DNA of 64,000 nt from Tubiluchus corallicola (Eukaryota; Animalia; Priapulida), in the NCBI GenBank assembly GCA_030141605.1, contig JAQGDQ010000345.1, positions 1 through 64,000 on the forward strand. Reading direction: 5' to 3'. Below are positions 34,892 through 64,000 of the stretch, in pieces; position 1 is the stretch's first letter; each line of letters opens with the position of its first letter. Both the position numbers and the translations under genes were made by a program. A model generated the notes under the pieces. That model made no database searches and was not told the origin of the DNA. It saw nothing but the letters and a program-made list of their open reading frames with translations.

Positions 34892-37286
34892 CGACTGCAA
34901 AACTCCATCTGTTAACATAAACAGCTTTGCCTCATTGCCTTGTTAATGGAGCAGCCTGATTCACATCTGTCTGTTGTGAAGGTTGAATAGCAGTGTAATA
35001 ACTGTTATATGAAGCATCTTGTTCGCTCACATAAAATCAAACTTTTAAAAACACAATGCCATTTGAAGGAAGTATGGCAAGTGGCAAGTCTTTCTTCATC
35101 TTGTAAACTTTCTGTGCAAAAAATCTTGACAGTGTAAAAAATTACGTACATAAACAAATAAATATATCCATGGATAAAGATGCATTAGTTTATTTCATCG
35201 TAAAAACTGTTGACTATAATAGATTTATGCTATATGGATTAAAATACACTAGTAAATAATTTTATAATACGAGTACAGTGATACAAAATAAATATGTAAG
35301 ATTTTGTATAGGAATCTGTGTATAAGAAAACAACTACAAACACTGTTAACACAGCTTCACGTAGACTGCAGAACATTCAGTAAAAGCTTTTTCAGGCAGT
35401 CAAAGGTTGTACGGCATTAACTCTTCCTTGACAAGCATGTAGATTTACCAATCATTTTTACAGGTAACATCAAAGCTTTTTAAAAAAGTGTTGATCTGTT
35501 ATTGTTTGAAACAAGAAAATTTATTTGAAGGTTAATACATGTCTGTATTTGAATTAATGTCGCTTCTTTACCTCATTTAAACAATTTTTTTCAATCATTT
35601 CTCAGAGAAATATTTTACAGCCATCCTGCAGTACAGTAGTAAAGTTCTGTGACACAATTCAAAGCAATTCTGACCAAATTCCCCAGATTTTTTGTAATCT
35701 GGCAAACTGTGTTAATTTTCACTCACATAAGTAAAATGCGAAAAGCGAAATTTATAACATTAGAAATTTACTTTTCTCTTGAAAAACTTTGCCAAATATA
35801 TTGTTACAGCGAAAGCATTACTCACTATTTACGTAGGATAGTCAGAACTGTACAAATATTCAGGAAGGAGTAAGGATAGAAATAAATAAGTCATTGTGCA
35901 TATGAAATGCTTAACATACAACAACTGAATCTCTTCAAAAAAAACGTTTACAACATAACATACTAGCAGTAAAGTTTGTATACAACTAAATTTGTATATT
36001 AAAAATGGCAGTTATGTAGTTATAGATTTCTAGTTTTTGGATAAAGAAAAAGTATTGTAATAAAAAATAAAAATGAAAATAAAACCAGTGAAGTACCAAT
36101 TAAGACAATTTTCAAACAGCTGATTCTGTGTAAAATGCTTAGCAACAGAAACTTAGGAAATAAATTCTGAGTGAAGTTTTTAGTCTGATTAGAAAAAAAT
36201 GAATAGAAATGGGTATTTATGCAGTTATACATTTGAATGGTGCCTGTTGGGTCCCATCACAAAGCACTGCAAGAATTTAGTCAGGCTTCGTTTGTTTTTA
36301 CATTTACATGGTACATATTTTTCATAGCTTCGCACAATTGTTACCTTGACATTTTGAGCTATAAAACAAGACTGAAGCATTTTTAATCGATGTGGAAGTT
36401 TTGAAGAACTGCAAATCGCTAAATATTTGGCATCTACATTATACTTATCAGCATCAAATTTAACATATCATTATTATTAAATTAATATTGTTTCATTTAT
36501 TTTCAATTACCATGATCTATCAAACTAACAAGTGCATTAATACTGATAGAATATATTGGAAGACCATATCGCTGTTATTGGAACAGGACCTAATATATAT
36601 ATATATACATACAATGATGAAAAGCAGACATTAGCCATTACGAGTCATTACACTAGAGCTACTGTCATGCAAACATGTACCTTGAAGTACACCACAGTTA
36701 ACACAGCTTTAGTTTTAAAAAAATTAAAGGAACTCTGACAACATTTTGTCATAAATGTAGTGATGATATATGCAATAAACATTGCGCTAAAAGCCCTTGC
36801 TTCTTGTTGCACAGGATTTTGCAGAAAATGCTAGTGCACAGAAAGTTAAGCTCCAAGTGAGTTTTTCCAAATCCAAAACTTCAATATACATTACAACGTT
36901 AATGTCTTAACATTCCTCGTAGCAAAGTCTATGCAAAATGTGCCTTGCTTAGAAAAGGTTTAGCAGCTAAATTGTATGTAGCATACAAGAAACAGGTTTG
37001 CTCTCTTGAGCTATCAACTTAATGCTGACAAAAAAAACTAAAAAATATTAAACATAATTATGAACATTACCAACACAGATATTCACTAAAGGATTAATAA
37101 ATTATTACAGATAGTGTTCTCAATTGTCATAGCACTGTAACACACAAATCTGTGAAATTATTTCACCATAAAAACTTCTTGTGCTGCTGTGCTTATACTA
37201 CTTGCATAAGCATTAATTAAAAGAAGAAGACTAAGTTCCTTCACAAAATACTTAGACATTATATTTCTCCCATTGTAGTACAATTA

Positions 37287-59766
<22,480 letters not shown>

Positions 59767-60879
59767 TTATAAGCTCAATGACTGCTACATCATGATAAAA
59801 AGTGCACGTATGTTAGCTACCTGAAAATAGAAAATAGCTATTATAGTAACATAAGTTATCATAAAATTTGTTGGTTATAACATAGAATCAAAAATTAGAC
59901 AGGGTGCCACCAAGGGGTGGTGCCAGACTTTGGACCTGCCACTTCAGTAGGATATTAGTGGGATAGCATTTTGGGTCAAATTTTATTTATTTGTTTTATC
60001 AATAATCTACTAAATAGTATTTTAGCTGTTTGTAAACCTTTTTGCTAACGATATGAAACTTTACGTCAACTCATAACACTGGGTGCAAATTGTGGCAACT
60101 CAGGTTCAATCCTAGTGAGATCATTCATCTCAGATTGTGTGGTTCAGCTCATGATTACTGGACTGATGGCAGTTGTGATATCTCATATAACAGAGGAAAA
60201 GGATTTAGTGATCCTAGTCGATAATTAAGTGTAGTTTTCAGTGTATATCGAACAGCAAGTTTGCAAAGACGAACTATAGATTGGGACTCACATGTTGATC
60301 TTACATGTATTTAGATGCAGACTGTCTGAAGTGCCTTTTTAATGCTTCGGTAAGACAAAACCTAGAATATGCAGCATGCATTTAGAGACCTTGTGGTCTA
60401 ATCTCAACTTTCACAATATGCTTGTCAGACGCCGAATCATTTTCTTATATTTGCGCCTGGCAATAACGGCTGTCTTCATTCTGAATAATACTGGCAAGGG
60501 ATAGAGACCCCTTTCAACTTTGATACTGATGCGCAAATGTCAAATACACTGTACTATATAGTAATATTACTATATTTTTAGCATCACTTTCCCAGTCATG
60601 TGCAGCTTGCATAGATAAATATTTTTATTACAGTGATATGTTTATCCGTCGAAGCAGATTTATTTATGAATCATTGACAAACAAACTGTGTTTGACAACT
60701 AGCAGCCATTTACACAGAACGCACTTAATTTAAATTATTATTAATGACACTTTTTCTCTTGTTGAATAAATTGTCTAAGTTCAGTATCGTTCTCTATGGT
60801 TCGAAATAATAGTAATTTATTTTCCTCCATATACAATAATTTGACAATAAAATACAATGTAATTTACAATGTTAAATAC

Positions 60880-60954
60880 AATAATTTATCGTATCGCCTA
60901 GTTTCTCGTTATCGTATCGTTAAAAAAGTATCCTATCGTATCGCTAACATCCCT
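60880..60954 (-). mobile_element. hAT-like terminus with subterminal TATCG repeats
   Basis: Reads TAGGGATGTTAGCGATACGATAGG on the minus strand, followed by several CGATA repeats. Confidence 0.45.
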
Positions 60955-61343
60955 ACCTCTAGACCCGCTAACATTAGCACTACTAAAGCAATTTGAGAGC
61001 TATCAACTTATTGAAATTTAATTGTTTACAATTGGCAGGTGTGTAAAAAAATTACATTGTACCATAAAGTGAATGACTGCCATAACAACTATGGGTTTGC
61101 AAGTGTAGTATCTAGATAACAAATATACAAGAATTAACAAAATTACATACAAAAATAAAAACGGATATGATGCTTCCAACAGCATTGCCATCTGTCGTCG
61201 GAGAGGCAAAAGTTTTGAAGAAAGAACATTACTAATTAAAAAAGATACCAGCAAAATAACACCATAGGAAAATTACAGTAATTTTTGTTTTTGTTTTAAA
61301 TAAAAAGCCTCGCTTTAATTTTGTTTTTTTATTTTTAATTTAC

Positions 61344-61467
61344 CACACAAATGAAAAAAAATTCACAGATCCGCCATTAGTCCATTACTTTCCCGGCGCA
61401 ATTTTCAGATACTCGGTGCTTTTTCTAATTTTTCTTTGTTTGCTTGTTTTACGTAAAAATAATTGCT
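61344..61467. promoter_or_regulatory. Putative bidirectional promoter and CYFIP non-coding first exon
   Basis: The first CYFIP coding exon has a splice acceptor upstream of its ATG (59821-59823), implying an upstream UTR exon. A minus-strand donor GTG|GTAAAT lies at ~61343. A CCGCCAT (YY1-like) motif and a TTTCCCGGCGC (E2F-like) motif sit ~70-100 bp before the ISWI ATG. Confidence 0.55.
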
Positions 61468-63987
61468 ATGGCTGAAACAGAAAACAGTGGAGAACCGACA
61501 GAAAAAGATGAGGACGTACGTAATTTTAAGTTTATAATACGTTTTAAAAAATAGTTTTCTGTATTGAGCTAATCTACAATAGTGCTAATTGCTACCTACA
61601 AAATTACAACCTTATATTTAGGAAAATGGAGAAAGCAGCAGTACTGGAAGTTCTTCGGTGTCGACAGCTGCAACCCCTGAGCCGAAGTCACCCCTTTCAA
61701 AACCAACTCATTTGCAAGATCCAACATCACCAGTATCGGCGAAATCTCCGTTATCTCCGAAGTCACCTAGGCAGCGCTTTCCAGAGAAGTCAGCAGCAGA
61801 AAGTACTGAATATAACGAAAAATTGGTAAGATCCTAATCAGTAGGTTTTTGTCTAACGACATAGCATCTCCCTTAAGTTGCTTGAAAGTCATTGCCGCGA
61901 GATCGTGTGAGGAATAAGTTGCTGTAGAAATGCAATATGGACGTGGTTCAGACTGTGTGGTCATATTATGAGTGCAACTACATCTTTATATGCATAGTAT
62001 CATCACACTTGAATCAGGTTAGTAGACGACAAAGAGTAGTTTTAAATGATGTAACCACTTCCTGGAAAAATGTAACCAGTTGGTTTGTCGGGACGTATTG
62101 TTTTCTTATTTTTATCAATGACATTGCTGATTGTGTATCCACTGACACACGTATACCACTGTTTGTTGATGATATAAAACTTTATCATCCAATTAGAAAT
62201 TCCTCTGATCAAGTGATCTTACAAGCAGATCTGTCTGAAATTAAGCGACGGTGTGACAACTGGTTAATGCTCCTCAAACATAGTATGTCCAGCACAATTC
62301 GTTTTCGTCCTAATTCTACAATGCCTTAGTATCTGAGAGATGGTGTTCAGACCAATAGACGCATTGGAATGATAAAATGCTGCTACTTGTCACATAGCGC
62401 AAAAGTTATTGTGCCTCTTTATAAACTGTAGTTAGACCAATATTTGAAAATACGTGCGTTGTATGGTCCGCATGGTATATTACTCTTAAAAATGCTTTAG
62501 AAAGAACTCAATGGAAGTGTACTAGTCTGGCCTCTGATATTCAACCTGAATCTGTATCTTTTCTTGAACAATGCCATGATACTAAAGATCTTATTAACTG
62601 TTGCAAAGTCATTAGTGATCGTTCTATTTTACGTAGCAGCAAATTTTTTTCTAGACCTTTGATTTACGTGGACATAATTCTAAATTTATCTGTACAACAT
62701 TCTCGCACTAATGTCGGAGCCCATTTCTTCTCTTCTCGTCTTTTTGGATCTTTGGAATTCACTTAAAAGTGAAGCAGTTGTTTCATCAAATCTGCCTCAA
62801 TTTCACAAATTGTGAGGAGAGACAATCAATAAAGTTATGGTTAGGACTTCTTGTCTGCGTCTCAATTATGCTTTAAATATTTTGCAATTACATAAAGTGA
62901 CAGCGTGTACGAAGCAATTTGTTATTTTGCCAGCATTGGAAAAAGCATCTTTTTATTTTGCTACGATTGCTGGAGACCTAACCATCGAATTTTTGGGAAA
63001 TGTATGGATCCATGGTCGGCATCTAGAATGACTGGAACCTTAGCTTCATCAATTGTTAATAAATGTAATTATGTAAATATTGTCATGTTGATAATTAAGG
63101 TACTCAAATCTGGTTAAGATGTGTTTTTTAATTTCGATTTAATGTCATGTAAATGTGCTACATCTTTAACTTTTTTGGTACAGTATTTTGCATTTATTTT
63201 TTTACTTCCAGGAAACAGACAGGTCAAATAGGTTTGAATTCTTGTTGAAACAGACAGAGATATTTTCTCATTTTATGGGCGAAGGTACTCAAGGTTCTTC
63301 TAGCCCTCTGAAAATCAAACCTGGGCGGCCGAGAAAAACACAAGATGAAAAAGACAAGCTTGCAGCCGTTGGCGAGTACGTCATTTTAGATATGTTAATC
63401 ATGCATTTGTTAATTTTCGAATGTTGAAATTAGAGCTATATTGCTATGTATATGTATATTTTTAATTGCGGCCTTAATCAATAGTTTGTGCAGAACCGTT
63501 TGACACTGCTAACTTTTGTGGCTTGTGATGTGGTTAGACTTATTTGGTAAAAAGTGATTATACTAACAAAAATTTAGAAGCTGAAATGATAGTGTTTACA
63601 CTTTACACTTTCTAACCTATTTTTTTGAATTTTTATGGCATGTTCACTTGTTTATAGTATTTAGAAGTTTTATTGAATCTGAATATTGAGTTTCTTACAG
63701 TTTTAGAGCTATTTATTGCCTTTGAGTGAATGCTTATGGTAGTGAGTTACATTACCTAACAATACCTTACATTACAATGAGGTTGACACTGACACATCTA
63801 TATACTATTCCACTCACCTGTTTTGAATTTCGGCAGATTCTAGTATATTAACTTTAACTCGTCAATTCTCTTAACCTGTGTGCTGTGTTATTTTGCTTGC
63901 TTTTCTCTGTGTGTGCATTAGTTAGACTTAGAATATTTTCCTGTTTTCTCATAGGAAAAAGAAAGACACGCCCCTTGATCCGCAAGA
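61468..63987 (+). CDS. ISWI: ISWI-family chromatin-remodelling ATPase (SMARCA5/SMARCA1), 5' part; the gene continues beyond the window
   Basis: Exons 61468-61515, 61622-61825, 63212-63375 and a candidate 63955-63987. Exon 3, [22 protein letters not shown]...[12 protein letters not shown]..., is the ISWI N-terminal DBINO-like/AT-hook segment. Confidence 0.9.
62010..62815 (+). mobile_element. Degraded CR1-like LINE RT fragment in ISWI intron 2
   Basis: RRQRVVLND...FLIFINDI...LFVDDIKLY...LQADL, then LYKL*VRP.FE...VWS and RGHN.KL remnants with stops and frameshifts. Confidence 0.85.
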
Positions 63988-64000
63988 GTAAGTTTGCTTT

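Overview
This is AT-rich, intron-containing animal DNA, not prokaryotic; the CYFIP sequence and an ebony-like gene suggest an arthropod-like invertebrate (inference). Six spliced genes can be reconstructed by hand from splice sites and reading frame: (1) the 3' end of a single-pass membrane protein (+); (2) a complete three-coding-exon Ebony-type NRPS (adenylation-thiolation-AANAT-like, ~877 aa, -); (3) a PGAP2/Frag1-like gene (-) with a GC-AG intron; (4) WDR55 (+), head-to-head with it; (5) a 28-coding-exon CYFIP/Sra-1 (-); (6) the 5' part of ISWI/SMARCA5 (+), head-to-head with CYFIP. Introns and intergenic DNA hold a young 5'-truncated RTE LINE with a TSD, several decayed LINEs, a deleted PIF/Harbinger element, several MITEs, tRNA-derived SINE-like pieces and a 24-bp minisatellite. 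The best novelty candidate is the Ebony-like NRPS: it keeps a beta-alanine A-domain code but has a remodelled amine-selecting domain, so it may make a different beta-alanyl-amine. Other candidates are frame-preserving cassette/micro-exons in CYFIP and ISWI. All homology calls come from motif recognition and recalled sequences; no database search was run.
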